From assembly GCA_039809265.1 (NCBI GenBank), contig JBDHUR010000001.1, forward strand, positions 5,914 to 69,913: a DNA stretch of 64,000 bases, given 5' to 3'. Shown here piece by piece: positions 46,516-57,493 of the stretch. This DNA comes from Minisyncoccia bacterium. GTDB taxonomy: Bacteria > Patescibacteriota > Minisyncoccia > Phycocordibacterales > UBA9973. The notes beneath the pieces are model-generated. The model saw only the letters and a program-made list of their open reading frames with translations. It did no database searches and was not told the origin of the DNA. How positions within the stretch are numbered: the stretch's first letter is position 1; each line of letters opens with the position of its first letter. A program made the translations under genes and the position numbers.

Positions 46516-48444
46516 ATGACGGCAGGAATGCACTTAAAAAGCTTAAACAAAGCTCAGCTGGAAGCGGCACTTCACAAAGACGGGCCGCTTCTTATCGTGG
46601 CAGGTGCGGGTGCGGGCAAGACGAAGACAATAACAGAGAGGATAGTAGAGCTGGTGCATTCTGGGGTAGACGGCAGCAACATATTGGCCGTAACATTTAC
46701 AAACAAAGCTGCGAAAGAAATGCGCGAACGTGTTTGGGGTGCAGTACAAGCAGAAGGGCTGGGAGGCGGTTTACCGCTTGTTTCCACGTTCCACTCTCTG
46801 GGAGTAAAAATTTTGAAAGAAAATGCGCGGCATGTCGGCACGATAAAACATTTTGCAATACTAGACGAAGACGATGCAAAGGCTCTTATAAAGCAAGCCA
46901 TAGTTTCCATTGGCCTTGACCCAAAGCAATTTGAGCCGCGCAAATTCAAGCACATCATATCCAAAGCAAAAAACGATTTTCTTTCTGTATCTGAATACGA
47001 AGACCGCGCAGTAACAAATGTAGACAAGATGACTGCCCGCGTCTGGCATCTGTACGAAAGCTTAAAACGCAAAGAAAATGCTTTTGACTTTGACGATCTG
47101 CTTTTAGAAACTGTGCGTCTCTTGAAAAACAATCCAGAAATACTTGAAATGTATCAGGAAAGATGGAAATACATCCACATAGACGAATATCAAGATACCA
47201 ACGAGGTGCAATTCCGTCTTGCGGAATTGCTGGCAAAAAAGTACAGGAATATCTGTGTAGTTGGAGACGGAGACCAAAACATATACGGCTGGCGCGGAGC
47301 AAATGTTAAAAACATTTTGAATTTTGAAAGAGACTATCCTGATGCAAAAGTTGTACTGCTTGAAGAGAACTACCGCTCCACAGGCACGATCCTGGAAGCT
47401 GCAAATGAAGTGATAAAGAAAAACATCTTGCGCAAAGACAAAAACTTGTTTACTTCGCGCGGCAGCGGAGAAAAGATAACTCTGACAGAATGCTTTGATG
47501 AAAACGGGGAAGCAAGATACATAGCAGAGAAAATATACAGTCTGCTCTCGCGAGGCGAAGACCCAAGCGAAGTTGCCGTGCTTTACCGCGCCAACTTCCA
47601 GTCTCGTGTACTAGAAGAGGCATTGCTTATGAAAAATGTGCCGTACCAGGTCCTGGGAGTAAAGTTTTTTGAGAGAAAAGAAATAAGAGATACCTTGGCG
47701 TACTTGCGTGCAGCACTAAACAGGGAAAGCCTGAGCGATATAAAGCGCATCATAAACTTCCCAAAGCGCGGCATAGGCAAAGCAACTATTGCCAAACTTT
47801 TCTCTGCAGGTCTTGCAGACTTGCCAAATGCTATGCAAAAGAAGATAACTTCTTTTTACAATGTTTTAGATACCATAAAAGACTATGCAGGGAGCCACAC
47901 TCCGTCTGAAACCATCATTTACCTTATCAAAGCCTCTGGCATAGAAACAGAGCTTGGCCACAGCAACGAAGAAGATAAAGAAAGATTGGAAAACATAAAA
48001 GAGCTTGCCACTCTTGCCTTGAAGTACGACGCGTTGCCCGAGCAGGAAGGCTTGGAAAAACTGCTAGAAGACGCGGCGCTTGCCTCTGACCAAGATTCGC
48101 TGGATCACAAAGAAGACAAAAAGGGTGTACGGCTGATGACAGTACACGCATCTAAGGGTCTGGAATTCAAATATGTTTTTATTTCCGGCATGGAACAAGA
48201 TCTTTTCCCGCACCAAAGGAATGCTGGCTCGGCAAAGGAAGAAGCGGAGGAAGAGCGAAGACTTTTTTATGTAGCCATAACCCGCGCAAAAGAAAAACTT
48301 TTTCTCTCATACGCATCTATCCGCACAATATTCGGCTCGCGGCAGATAAATGCGCCGTCTGAATTCCTTTACGACGTACCTGAAAATCTGGTAGAAAGGG
48401 AATACGCGCACATGGGCAGAGAACGAAGTGTATATATAGACTAA
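46516..48444 (+). CDS. pcrA: UvrD/PcrA DNA helicase
   Basis: AGAGAGKT, TFTNKAA, IDEYQDTN, VGDGDQNIY, ENYRS, HASKGLEF and EERRLFYVAITRA motifs. Confidence 0.96.
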   Translation: MTAGMHLKSLNKAQLEAALHKDGPLLIVAGAGAGKTKTITERIVELVHSGVDGSNILAVTFTNKAAKEMRERVWGAVQAEGLGGGLPLVSTFHSLGVKILKENARHVGTIKHFAILDEDDAKALIKQAIVSIGLDPKQFEPRKFKHIISKAKNDFLSVSEYEDRAVTNVDKMTARVWHLYESLKRKENAFDFDDLLLETVRLLKNNPEILEMYQERWKYIHIDEYQDTNEVQFRLAELLAKKYRNICVVGDGDQNIYGWRGANVKNILNFERDYPDAKVVLLEENYRSTGTILEAANEVIKKNILRKDKNLFTSRGSGEKITLTECFDENGEARYIAEKIYSLLSRGEDPSEVAVLYRANFQSRVLEEALLMKNVPYQVLGVKFFERKEIRDTLAYLRAALNRESLSDIKRIINFPKRGIGKATIAKLFSAGLADLPNAMQKKITSFYNVLDTIKDYAGSHTPSETIIYLIKASGIETELGHSNEEDKERLENIKELATLALKYDALPEQEGLEKLLEDAALASDQDSLDHKEDKKGVRLMTVHASKGLEFKYVFISGMEQDLFPHQRNAGSAKEEAEEERRLFYVAITRAKEKLFLSYASIRTIFGSRQINAPSEFLYDVPENLVEREYAHMGRERSVYID

Positions 48445-49245
48445 ATGAAACACGCAGCAAAAAAATCTTTGGGGCAAAATTTCCTGAAATCCAAAAAGGC
48501 ACTTTCGGACATGGTAAATGCGGGCAAAGTAAGCAAGGGTGACACAGTACTAGAAATCGGCCCAGGCAAAGGCGCTCTTACAGAAGTGCTGCTCCAACAT
48601 GCAGGCAAAGTAGTAGCTATAGAAAAAGACAAAAGACTAATCCCTTTGCTTGAAGAAAAGTTTGCAGGAGAAATTACAAATGGGAGACTTGAACTTATCT
48701 ATGGAGATATTTTAGAAGAGAGAATTGAGCTACCAAAAAATTACAAACTCATTGCCAACATTCCTTACTACATCACAGGGGCATTGTTTCGCATGTTTCT
48801 GGAAGCAGAGAACAAGCCGAACACCATAGTTTTCCTAGTGCAAAAAGAAGTTGCCGAGCGAGCAGTAGCCAAAGACGGTAAAGAAAGTTTGTTGTCTCTT
48901 TCCATAAAAGCATACGGCACCCCAAAATACATAAGTAAGGTTTCTAAGCAATATTTTTCTCCAGTGCCAAAAGTAGATTCTGCTATTGTTGCCGTATATG
49001 ATATTTCCAGCGACAATTTCAAAAAGGCTGGAGTATCTGAAAAACAATTTTTCCGTGTTATAAAAACCGGCTTTGCCGCTAAACGTAAAGTGCTTGCAAA
49101 AAACCTTTCAGAAATAGCTCCAAAAGATGTGGTGCATAAAGCTTGCGCGGACTTTGGACTAGACGCCAAAGTCCGCGCCGAAGACCTGCCTATGCCTGCA
49201 TGGCTTGCTCTAACAAAAGCCCTCTCATCATATATCCACAGCTAA
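48445..49245 (+). CDS. rsmA: 16S rRNA adenine dimethyltransferase RsmA/KsgA
   Basis: KKSLGQNFL, LEIGPGKG, ANIPYYIT, QKEVAER and PKVDS motifs. Confidence 0.97.
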   Translation: MKHAAKKSLGQNFLKSKKALSDMVNAGKVSKGDTVLEIGPGKGALTEVLLQHAGKVVAIEKDKRLIPLLEEKFAGEITNGRLELIYGDILEERIELPKNYKLIANIPYYITGALFRMFLEAENKPNTIVFLVQKEVAERAVAKDGKESLLSLSIKAYGTPKYISKVSKQYFSPVPKVDSAIVAVYDISSDNFKKAGVSEKQFFRVIKTGFAAKRKVLAKNLSEIAPKDVVHKACADFGLDAKVRAEDLPMPAWLALTKALSSYIHS

Positions 49246-49282
49246 GACGCTCTTGATTTATGAAATGGAGTATACTATAGGC

Positions 49283-49654
49283 ATGCGAAGGCTTTTATTT
49301 GTATTATTTTTCTTTGTTTTAGTATTTACTACTATCATCGGTCAAGCAATGGCCGCTGGGGCATCTCTTGGCATCCCGATCGGCGGGCTTATAACGACTA
49401 CTAATGTACCACCCAATGTTATCTGCTCAACGGGTATAGGGCCGATAACTATCAAGGTTGCTGGTAAAGGTAGCACTAGCCCATACCTAGCCACCTTTGC
49501 AGGGAATAGAACACCGCAAAATCAAGCCTCATCTGGCCGTTGGTTCCTTGGTCTTTACCAGCCTGGGTTAGGTTGCGTCCAAGAAAATGGCCCTGAGTCT
49601 CATCCATACCCCACACTAAATTGGATAATATATGGGGTTTCTGGAATGAAATAA
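49283..49654 (+). CDS. Small secreted protein heading the T4SS-like cluster
   Basis: Signal peptide, PIGG..C..WFLG..C..YGVS; ATG 6 nt after TATACT. Confidence 0.7.
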   Translation: MRRLLFVLFFFVLVFTTIIGQAMAAGASLGIPIGGLITTTNVPPNVICSTGIGPITIKVAGKGSTSPYLATFAGNRTPQNQASSGRWFLGLYQPGLGCVQENGPESHPYPTLNWIIYGVSGMK

Positions 49655-49656
49655 AC

Positions 49657-50595
49657 ATGCATTCATATTTGCCCAGTAAAAAATTCGTGCAGACATTCCT
49701 TATTCTTGCAGCTGTTTTTATAATCGGCTACTTTTTGTACCACATAGTTTTCAAAAAAGACGGCAAGATACCTTTCATTTCCGGTAATAAAGATTCTTCG
49801 GCTAAACTGGAGACCAAAGAAATAGTACTGCAAGACTTGATGGAAAAGGACACGGACGGAGATGGTATAAAAGACTGGGAGGAAGCACTCTGGGGCACAG
49901 ACCCAGAAAAATCAGACACGGACGGAGATGGTATTTCCGATTTTGACTATATAGAAAAGCGCCGCGAGGAAGTGCGCCAAGCTTCAGGCACTCCCGACCA
50001 AGAACTCTCAGATACCAATGCTACAGACGTTTTTACCAAGGAATTCTTTGCTGCGATAGTGGCGCTGCAACAGTCCGGCCAGCTGAACAGCCAAACACTT
50101 GCCGACCTTTCCAAACAACTTGCGGGTAACATTGGCCAGCAAAAGAGCTTGCCAGACATTTATAGCATCACGGATATAAAAATTGTATCTAACCCATCGC
50201 GAGCAGATATGCAAATATACGGCCAAGCAGTACAAGCCATGAGCAGCTCGTATTTTGCTAAAGGCATAGGCACAGAGCTGGATGTAACTTCAAATGCGCT
50301 AAGCACTGAAGACCCTGCTGAATATGCCAAGATTGCCAGCATTGCAAATGCTTATGCCGACTTTGCTGGAAAACTTGTCGCGCTCCAAACACCCGAAGAT
50401 ATAAGCGTGGATGTATTGAACCTTGCCAATAACATGCAGAAGTCCGCCAAAGCTTTGCAAAATATTTCCGCCATTCCAACCAATGAGCTGATAGGCATCA
50501 TCGGCATAAGCCAGTACAGCACATATAGCGACGACATGGTTAACTCGTTCACAAGTTTATCTAACTACTTGCAAAATAATGGTATACTGCAATAA
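49657..50595 (+). CDS. Membrane-anchored protein with TSP3-like Ca-binding repeat
   Basis: TM helix, then DTDGDGIKDWEEALWGTDPEKSDTDGDGISD. Confidence 0.8.
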   Translation: MHSYLPSKKFVQTFLILAAVFIIGYFLYHIVFKKDGKIPFISGNKDSSAKLETKEIVLQDLMEKDTDGDGIKDWEEALWGTDPEKSDTDGDGISDFDYIEKRREEVRQASGTPDQELSDTNATDVFTKEFFAAIVALQQSGQLNSQTLADLSKQLAGNIGQQKSLPDIYSITDIKIVSNPSRADMQIYGQAVQAMSSSYFAKGIGTELDVTSNALSTEDPAEYAKIASIANAYADFAGKLVALQTPEDISVDVLNLANNMQKSAKALQNISAIPTNELIGIIGISQYSTYSDDMVNSFTSLSNYLQNNGILQ

Positions 50596-50598
50596 GTA

Positions 50599-53325
50599 AT
50601 GCAAAGATACAAAAGAAAATTACATACTGCGCTATCTCTTGTACTAGGAATATCTGTCTTTGCGCAAAGCTTTATTGCAATCATAACACCACAGACAGCA
50701 TACGCGCAAAATGCTAGTGCGAGCGCCTTTGCTGGACTAGGTTCCATCGCCGGAGCAGGAGTTGGCTGTCTTTTGGGTAATGCTTTCTCAGGAACCGGAC
50801 TCTTTAGCTCTGCTGACGGAAACACAACTGCGGGAATGGAAGTACCTACTGGAGACAAGGGGACTAGAGGAAATACTAGCGCACAGAAACAAAAAGAAAA
50901 CTGCCTAGACGCCATAGCTTATGCTGCAGCAAAAGCTTTACTGAAAAAATTTACTCAAGCTACTATAGTCTGGATAAACAGCGGTTTTAAAGGCGAGCCT
51001 CTGTATATAAAAAATCCTGAGTCATTTTTTAAAAGCATAGCGAACGAACAACTGGGTGGAATTATTTCCACATTAAGCAATACAGACAAGGTTCCATTTG
51101 GTAAAGACTTAGCAAGAAGCATTATCCTCTCCACGCAAGCAACTTTTGCAAAAAAGATTGAATACAATTTAAATAAAATAATAAGTCCAGATAGGGTGTA
51201 TCGTTTTCAAGCAGACTTTTCTGCTGGAGGCTGGGACGGCTGGTTAGGAGCGACCCAATTCCCACAAAACAATACTATCGGGGCACACATCGTAACCGCA
51301 GACGAGGTTACATATAAACTCTCTGGTACAGCTAAAGCGCCCGCCGAATATTTACAAGATGAATTAAGTCAAGGTATGGGATTTCTTGGACTAAAGAAGT
51401 GCGTTCAAACTTCAGATGGAAAAACAGCTGCCGACTATAATTACGAAGAATCAACAAATGAATCAATAGAAGACATAGATCCAAAAAAAATCACATGTAC
51501 TCGTTGGGAAACAATTACCCCTGGAACAGCTATTGCAAACCAAATGAACCTAACATTAGGCACATCTCAGCGACAACTAGAACTTGCAGATGAGCTAAAT
51601 GAAAGTATTGCTGGGGTATTTGATGCTCTTTTTAGTCAACTTTTAAACAAAGGTCTAGCCTCTTTGGGCAACAGCTCTTCTTCTAGTGGATATAATGTGG
51701 GTATCTATGGTGGTTATGGAAACAACTCTAATAACTCTAGCCTAAATAGTAACGGTAACCCATACGGGGTAGAGGATCCAGACCAATGGTATAACCAAAA
51801 CCCTACATTTAATATTTGGCATGACCTACAGACTATTATAGACGTTCAGCAAAAAGTCTACGATGATCTTCAAAAAGAAAATTCTGCATTACAAAATCTT
51901 ACAACTGCAATATATGAACTAGACTTTTGTGTGCCTGGACCAAACCCACTATGGTACGATAACGCGCAACAAACAGTAAACGATTTCTTTGGAGATATCC
52001 CTCAAAAGGCTGATGATCTTGGAGATAAGTTACGAAAAGCAAATAAATGGTTTGACCCAGGGGGTATGGTTATGGCTTCTACAGGCTGGGCAAACGAACT
52101 AGGTTTAAACCCACCAGGGTCAAACGGCTGGTCTCAACAAAGAATACAAGAACTGTATGCAAAATTCCTAAAGCAAGCCATAAACTTCTCTGGCGAAGAT
52201 GACGAAACAATGACCTCAGAACATATATCTTCTTTGGGTAGCATTGTGCTTGAACAATATGCTTCAAAAATAAGCTCAAAATACGGCGTATCTGGCTTAC
52301 ACCAAGCTGGAGAATATATGCCGACAGTGGCAGCAAGCTTGCCAAAGCTATACAACAACATACCTAGATACTTAAACCAAATTGACACCAACAACACAAA
52401 GATGGATGACTTTGAAGGTATTATCCGCCAACTTCAATCTATAAGCGTTGCGGTTAAAGATATCCCAGAGGACCCAGACAACCAAACAAGTGCCGACAAA
52501 ACCGCAATAACTACATATCTAAGAATTATAGGTAGCATGGCACAATATATGGCAAGCGAAAGTGTTATACAAACACTGGAAGACGAACTATTTGCTATAA
52601 ATGGCATATACGACATGGTGGCAAATGGAAATAATAGCTTGATAAATCAATGCAAGACAGAACTACGCACAACAAGTCCGACTGGAATAGACTCTTCTAA
52701 TATAAAAGGTTTACGTTTTGCTTACCCTACAGACTTGTTGCCACAGTCTATACAAGATGCATACACAGGCAACCTTGGTGGATATATGACACATCAAATG
52801 TACAAATTCGGTACTTCATATCTTCCGGGAACTTTCTACAAGAGCAATGTAAAGCAGACTAGCTGGCAGTGGCCTTCCCTAGACTCATTAACACACCAGT
52901 ATGATATGAGATCATATTTTACACCAAGCTTTTCTCAAAAATCTGCATTATACGATCAACGAGCGGGTAAATATAACCCAGATATTCCAGGACTATGGGC
53001 ATGGTGCACGGCAGAAGGATTCCAATACACAACAGTAGTAAATAATGCAGTTCAAGCAACAAATCTTGGAATACAATTAGGGCAATCGTACACATTTACG
53101 ATACCAGCGCCGTCCAATAATTCAGGCTTTGGAACAACTCCAGCTCTTTGTAATCCTAGTTTACCTGACAACAATGGTACGGTGATAAAAAACGACCCTA
53201 ATATTAGTGACTTTACATTAAATAGAGCGCTAGACTTTATAGATGTTACAAGTTCTGGTTTGCAAGTTAATAGACCGGACCAAACTAACCTTGCTGGATT
53301 CGAATCATTCCTTGGAATTTATTGA
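50599..53325 (+). CDS. Large secreted protein of the CPR T4SS-like locus
   Basis: Signal peptide; LDAIAY..WINSGF.G.P.YI.NP, GGWDGW, TPG and ADELNE motifs recalled from Parcubacteria; variable-looking C-terminal half. Confidence 0.65.
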   Translation: MQRYKRKLHTALSLVLGISVFAQSFIAIITPQTAYAQNASASAFAGLGSIAGAGVGCLLGNAFSGTGLFSSADGNTTAGMEVPTGDKGTRGNTSAQKQKENCLDAIAYAAAKALLKKFTQATIVWINSGFKGEPLYIKNPESFFKSIANEQLGGIISTLSNTDKVPFGKDLARSIILSTQATFAKKIEYNLNKIISPDRVYRFQADFSAGGWDGWLGATQFPQNNTIGAHIVTADEVTYKLSGTAKAPAEYLQDELSQGMGFLGLKKCVQTSDGKTAADYNYEESTNESIEDIDPKKITCTRWETITPGTAIANQMNLTLGTSQRQLELADELNESIAGVFDALFSQLLNKGLASLGNSSSSSGYNVGIYGGYGNNSNNSSLNSNGNPYGVEDPDQWYNQNPTFNIWHDLQTIIDVQQKVYDDLQKENSALQNLTTAIYELDFCVPGPNPLWYDNAQQTVNDFFGDIPQKADDLGDKLRKANKWFDPGGMVMASTGWANELGLNPPGSNGWSQQRIQELYAKFLKQAINFSGEDDETMTSEHISSLGSIVLEQYASKISSKYGVSGLHQAGEYMPTVAASLPKLYNNIPRYLNQIDTNNTKMDDFEGIIRQLQSISVAVKDIPEDPDNQTSADKTAITTYLRIIGSMAQYMASESVIQTLEDELFAINGIYDMVANGNNSLINQCKTELRTTSPTGIDSSNIKGLRFAYPTDLLPQSIQDAYTGNLGGYMTHQMYKFGTSYLPGTFYKSNVKQTSWQWPSLDSLTHQYDMRSYFTPSFSQKSALYDQRAGKYNPDIPGLWAWCTAEGFQYTTVVNNAVQATNLGIQLGQSYTFTIPAPSNNSGFGTTPALCNPSLPDNNGTVIKNDPNISDFTLNRALDFIDVTSSGLQVNRPDQTNLAGFESFLGIY

Positions 53326-53459
53326 GCCTTGTGAGAATAAAAATATATAAATGACCTAGGTTTTCCACCTCATAGACGAGTGAAGTATGGAAAGTAGTGT
53401 TATAATTGAAACGTATTTCTTGCTTTGATAGGCAGTTTCTGTGTACACGAAATATTTTC

Positions 53460-56400
53460 ATGTTTAAGAAAATCGTACTAATAGCTACAATATTTGGCAT
53501 CTTCGGCGGCTTATTTACACCAGCGTTTTCTGTGAAAGCGTGGGCAGAGGCTGACTTACAAAAAATAACTATTTCTATTAGTGTTAATACCATACAAGAA
53601 GATAAATCTAATGGTAAATACTCAGCAATCATACCTGTAGTTATTAAATCAAATTTTAAAGAATTTGGAGATCACACTATCCATCTAGATATCTACAGCG
53701 CAGCTCCAGGAGGAAAAGCTGAGAAGAAGGTCAGTAAAGAATTCACTCCTCATATAGACAAACCGAAAGATGAGTTTATAGAACAAACATTTCTAACACA
53801 GACAGATGCGGTTTTAGAAAAAGGTTATGGCTATTCGGCTATTGCTTTCATTTCATTACCACAACTAGCTGGGCAGACTACTCCTGGACAATGGATTATT
53901 GGACCGAACGGTATTCCCGTTGTCTCCTTTCCACCCAAGACAACAAATACTTATACTCCACCAATATCCAACACCTCAATTTTTACAATAAAAACCGACG
54001 GCTCTACAAGCATTGCGAATGAAGATAGTAGTGGTACACAAAATACAGCACAAAACGTAACCTCAAACGAACCTTCTGCTCTTCCAGAATGTAATATTCT
54101 TTACTCCAGCACATGGCCTGGTTGTATTGCTCGAGTTATATATTATATTTTTTTTATACCAACATCTTTTGTGTTTGGACTCAGTGGTCAGTTTTTAGAC
54201 TGGGGAACAAGTTTCACTATAGACTCAAATTCATACAAAGGCAGTGCAGCTACTTTCATTGAATCTGGATGGAAAATAACACGTGATATTGCAAACATAC
54301 TATTCATATTCATACTCCTCTGGGTTGGCATAGGCACAATACTAGGCTCACACAGTGTAGATGCAAAGAAGACAATAGGTATGGTGATAATTATAGCTCT
54401 CCTGTTAAATTTCAGCTTGTTTTTTGCCAGAGTAATAATAGACGCATCTAATATTCTGGCTGGGGTTTTTTATAATCAAATAGACGTGCAAGATGAAGGA
54501 TCCAACAACCAATGGGTATTCAGTGATAAAAATGTAAAAAATATTTCCACGGCTATAGTTAGTAAATTTAACCCACAAAAGCTTTTTGCTCAAGCTGGAA
54601 CACTTAAGATAAACACCGGCACAGGTGTAAAGGATGGATCAACAGATGGTGGAACGAATGGTGAACCAGCCCCCGGACAATTCATAATAATCACACTCAT
54701 AATGTCTGTTATAAACTGTATAGGTATTTGGGTATTTTTCTCTGTTGGCTTCCTATTTCTTTCTCGTGTAGCAGGACTTTGGCTTGCTATGATATTTGCA
54801 CCATTGGCATTCATATCATACATACTTCCTTCTAGTTCTGCGGGAGCGCTGGGAGACATGCATCATAGTAAGTGGTGGGGCAACCTTGTTCGCTTGGCAA
54901 TGATGGTGCCAATGTTTATGTTCTTTATGTATCTCATACTCATGTTCATGAATACAAACTTCATAGCAAATGCAATGGGAGACAAAACCACAACACTTGC
55001 GATACTTGGAGTAGTAATACCGTTGCTCATCATTGTAGTACTTCTACAAAGAGCAAGGAAAATAGTGGTAGACTGGTCTGGAGAACTTGGTAAAATGGCA
55101 GCACAGGCAGGCACAGCTGTGGCTGGATTTAGTGTGGGCGCACTGACAGGCGGAGCAGCGATGCTTGGCCGTGGTACTATTGGCAGACTCGCCAACAAAG
55201 CTGCGAGCAGTGAAGAGTTAAAAGATAGAGCAGCAAAAGGAGACAGGATGGCAAAAATGCAACTAAAAAGCGCAGAATTTCTATCAAAATCAAGTTTTGA
55301 TGCTCGCAACACAACGGTTGGAAATAAAGTTTCTCAAGCAACAGGCATGAACCTGAATAAGGGTTTATCTTTTGCCGGTCTGAATACCAAATCCACAGAA
55401 GGTGGCTGGGTAGGACTACAGGCAAAAAAGGCAGAAAAGGAAGCAAGTAGATGGAAAGACAGTTATGACCACCACGCTTATGAACAAGAAGAAGAAAAAG
55501 TAAACGCCGAAAAAGAAAAGCAATCAAAAAACAAAGATATAAAAGAAGATATACAAAACAAAATACGTGTGGAGAAAGCAGCCATAACAACAATGGCAGA
55601 TGGATCTCAAGAAAAAAAGGACGCACAGCGACGTGTTCAAAAACTAACAGAAAGCTTATCTATAGTTGATACAAACATTAGAGCATATGAGAAAGGTGGT
55701 AAAACATATGCCATAAACTCAAACGGAGAATATGTAGATAAAAACGGTAAAGTTGTGACAGACAAGAAAGACGCACACATGGAAGAGTCTTTGGGTATAC
55801 AAAAGATGGAGAAAAACAAAGAGCGCTTAAAAACAGCGAGACAAAAAAACCACGAATCTGTTTTGCGTCGAAAATCTGGTAAACGATATCTGGATGACGA
55901 AAGAGATGAATTGGGTAATATAAAGAAATTTGGTGAAGAAATAACCCCTGGTTTGGAAAAGAAACTGAGAAAAGAAAAAGACGAAAAAAATAAAGAAAAA
56001 AATGAAGCCCTGCAACACAGGCTTGATATAGGAAAAGATATAAATGATGTAAATCAAAAAATGAAAGAAGCGGCAAAAAAAGTAAGCGAGGCACAAAAAA
56101 AGGGAGATAAAGCACTTATAAAATCTACAAGCGACGCACTTAAAGGTTTAGTAGAACAAAGAAAGCAGCTAGAAAAATCTCAAAATGATGCAAAAGAAAA
56201 ATCTGACACCTTAGTAAAAGAATTTAATAAGGTTTCCAACAAGCTTGGTAAAGTAGAAGTAGCTAATCTTAAAACAAACTATAACGGTGTAAGGCAAGTA
56301 CTAAGAGAACTTGGCGAAGGTGCGGCTAGGGGCGCAGCAGTAGGTGCAGCAGTAGGGACTGCTATTCCTGGAGCAGGCACGTTTGCTGGAGCTGGAGTAG

Positions 56401-56594
56401 GAGCAGTCATGGGTGGACTTAGACAAGTACTTGAATACAGTGGTACCACGAACAGAAGTATTGCAAATGGACACATTCCACACTACCATGGTAGTGGCTC
56501 AACATACAGAGAGCCTAGCGGTGGTGGACAAGACACACCATCGGCATCTTCACACAGTGGAGGAGGTGGAGGAGGGGATCATTCACACCACTAA
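53460..56594 (+). CDS. VirB6/TrbL-like polytopic membrane protein with long extensions
   Basis: GWKITRDIANILFIF, ALLLNFSLFFARVIID.SN, R..LW..MIFAPLAF and WW motifs; coiled-coil tail; upstream of prgI/virB4. Confidence 0.75.
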   Translation: MFKKIVLIATIFGIFGGLFTPAFSVKAWAEADLQKITISISVNTIQEDKSNGKYSAIIPVVIKSNFKEFGDHTIHLDIYSAAPGGKAEKKVSKEFTPHIDKPKDEFIEQTFLTQTDAVLEKGYGYSAIAFISLPQLAGQTTPGQWIIGPNGIPVVSFPPKTTNTYTPPISNTSIFTIKTDGSTSIANEDSSGTQNTAQNVTSNEPSALPECNILYSSTWPGCIARVIYYIFFIPTSFVFGLSGQFLDWGTSFTIDSNSYKGSAATFIESGWKITRDIANILFIFILLWVGIGTILGSHSVDAKKTIGMVIIIALLLNFSLFFARVIIDASNILAGVFYNQIDVQDEGSNNQWVFSDKNVKNISTAIVSKFNPQKLFAQAGTLKINTGTGVKDGSTDGGTNGEPAPGQFIIITLIMSVINCIGIWVFFSVGFLFLSRVAGLWLAMIFAPLAFISYILPSSSAGALGDMHHSKWWGNLVRLAMMVPMFMFFMYLILMFMNTNFIANAMGDKTTTLAILGVVIPLLIIVVLLQRARKIVVDWSGELGKMAAQAGTAVAGFSVGALTGGAAMLGRGTIGRLANKAASSEELKDRAAKGDRMAKMQLKSAEFLSKSSFDARNTTVGNKVSQATGMNLNKGLSFAGLNTKSTEGGWVGLQAKKAEKEASRWKDSYDHHAYEQEEEKVNAEKEKQSKNKDIKEDIQNKIRVEKAAITTMADGSQEKKDAQRRVQKLTESLSIVDTNIRAYEKGGKTYAINSNGEYVDKNGKVVTDKKDAHMEESLGIQKMEKNKERLKTARQKNHESVLRRKSGKRYLDDERDELGNIKKFGEEITPGLEKKLRKEKDEKNKEKNEALQHRLDIGKDINDVNQKMKEAAKKVSEAQKKGDKALIKSTSDALKGLVEQRKQLEKSQNDAKEKSDTLVKEFNKVSNKLGKVEVANLKTNYNGVRQVLRELGEGAARGAAVGAAVGTAIPGAGTFAGAGVGAVMGGLRQVLEYSGTTNRSIANGHIPHYHGSGSTYREPSGGGQDTPSASSHSGGGGGGDHSHH

Positions 56595-56636
56595 TTCAAC
56601 ACTTGAAAAATGAAAAGTAGGGTATACTAAGAACAT

Positions 56637-57476
56637 ATGGACAATCAAGAAATTATTCAAAAAATACAAGACCTATATGCTAGCGTTCCTGGTGCGCTAC
56701 AAAAAGCTATAGTTTCTTCAGATTATCAAAACAAAATTGTAGATATAGGCAAAAACAACAAACTAACAGTTGCACAGCTTGGGGACTTGGAACTTGTCAC
56801 AACATTTGTCATGCTCGGAGCAACTTCACCTAATAATTATAAAAGTGAGATTGCCGAAAAGCTTGGAATACAGGACGAAGCCGTAGTGAATAAAATAGTG
56901 GATGATGTAAACACACAAATATTTTCTACTATTCGTAATGAGCTAAAGGAAATAAATACACCAATAGAAGAAGAGGATGATGATAGCGAGACTTTTTGGC
57001 ATCACAGCGAGGAAGAGATGGATGCTGCCGGGTTTCAAGCAAACAACACGGCTGAAACAAACACCACATCCATACAGACTGTAAGCGCTAAAGACCAAGC
57101 GGAGCTAGAGAAATCTGGAATAGAGATAGAGAAAACACGCCCAACTTCCGAGGAATATGTGAAGGCAACAGTACTACCAAACTCTGGACTACCAGCATCT
57201 GGACTTCAGACACGCGAAAATATCCTAAATGGCATAGAGCACCCTACGGAAAGCAAGCCTTCATTTATAGACAAGCAATTCTCTGGTGTTTATACCATGC
57301 CAACAAAAGAGACAACATATACACCAAAACCTGTGGCGCCTGCGCAGACAGGCGCCACAGGTAAAGCAGCTGGCCCCGCTCCAATACCTGCACCAAAAGC
57401 GCCATCGACAGACTTGCCAACAAATACAGCAGGCGAGCCACCAGCAAAAATTGATCCTTATAGGGAAATAATATAA
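56637..57476 (+). CDS. Conserved CPR hypothetical protein with C-terminal DPYRE motif
   Basis: Helical N-domain, disordered Pro/Thr linker, ends in IDPYREII. Confidence 0.7.
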   Translation: MDNQEIIQKIQDLYASVPGALQKAIVSSDYQNKIVDIGKNNKLTVAQLGDLELVTTFVMLGATSPNNYKSEIAEKLGIQDEAVVNKIVDDVNTQIFSTIRNELKEINTPIEEEDDDSETFWHHSEEEMDAAGFQANNTAETNTTSIQTVSAKDQAELEKSGIEIEKTRPTSEEYVKATVLPNSGLPASGLQTRENILNGIEHPTESKPSFIDKQFSGVYTMPTKETTYTPKPVAPAQTGATGKAAGPAPIPAPKAPSTDLPTNTAGEPPAKIDPYREII

Positions 57477-57493
57477 TAGCTGAAAGCTGCCTT

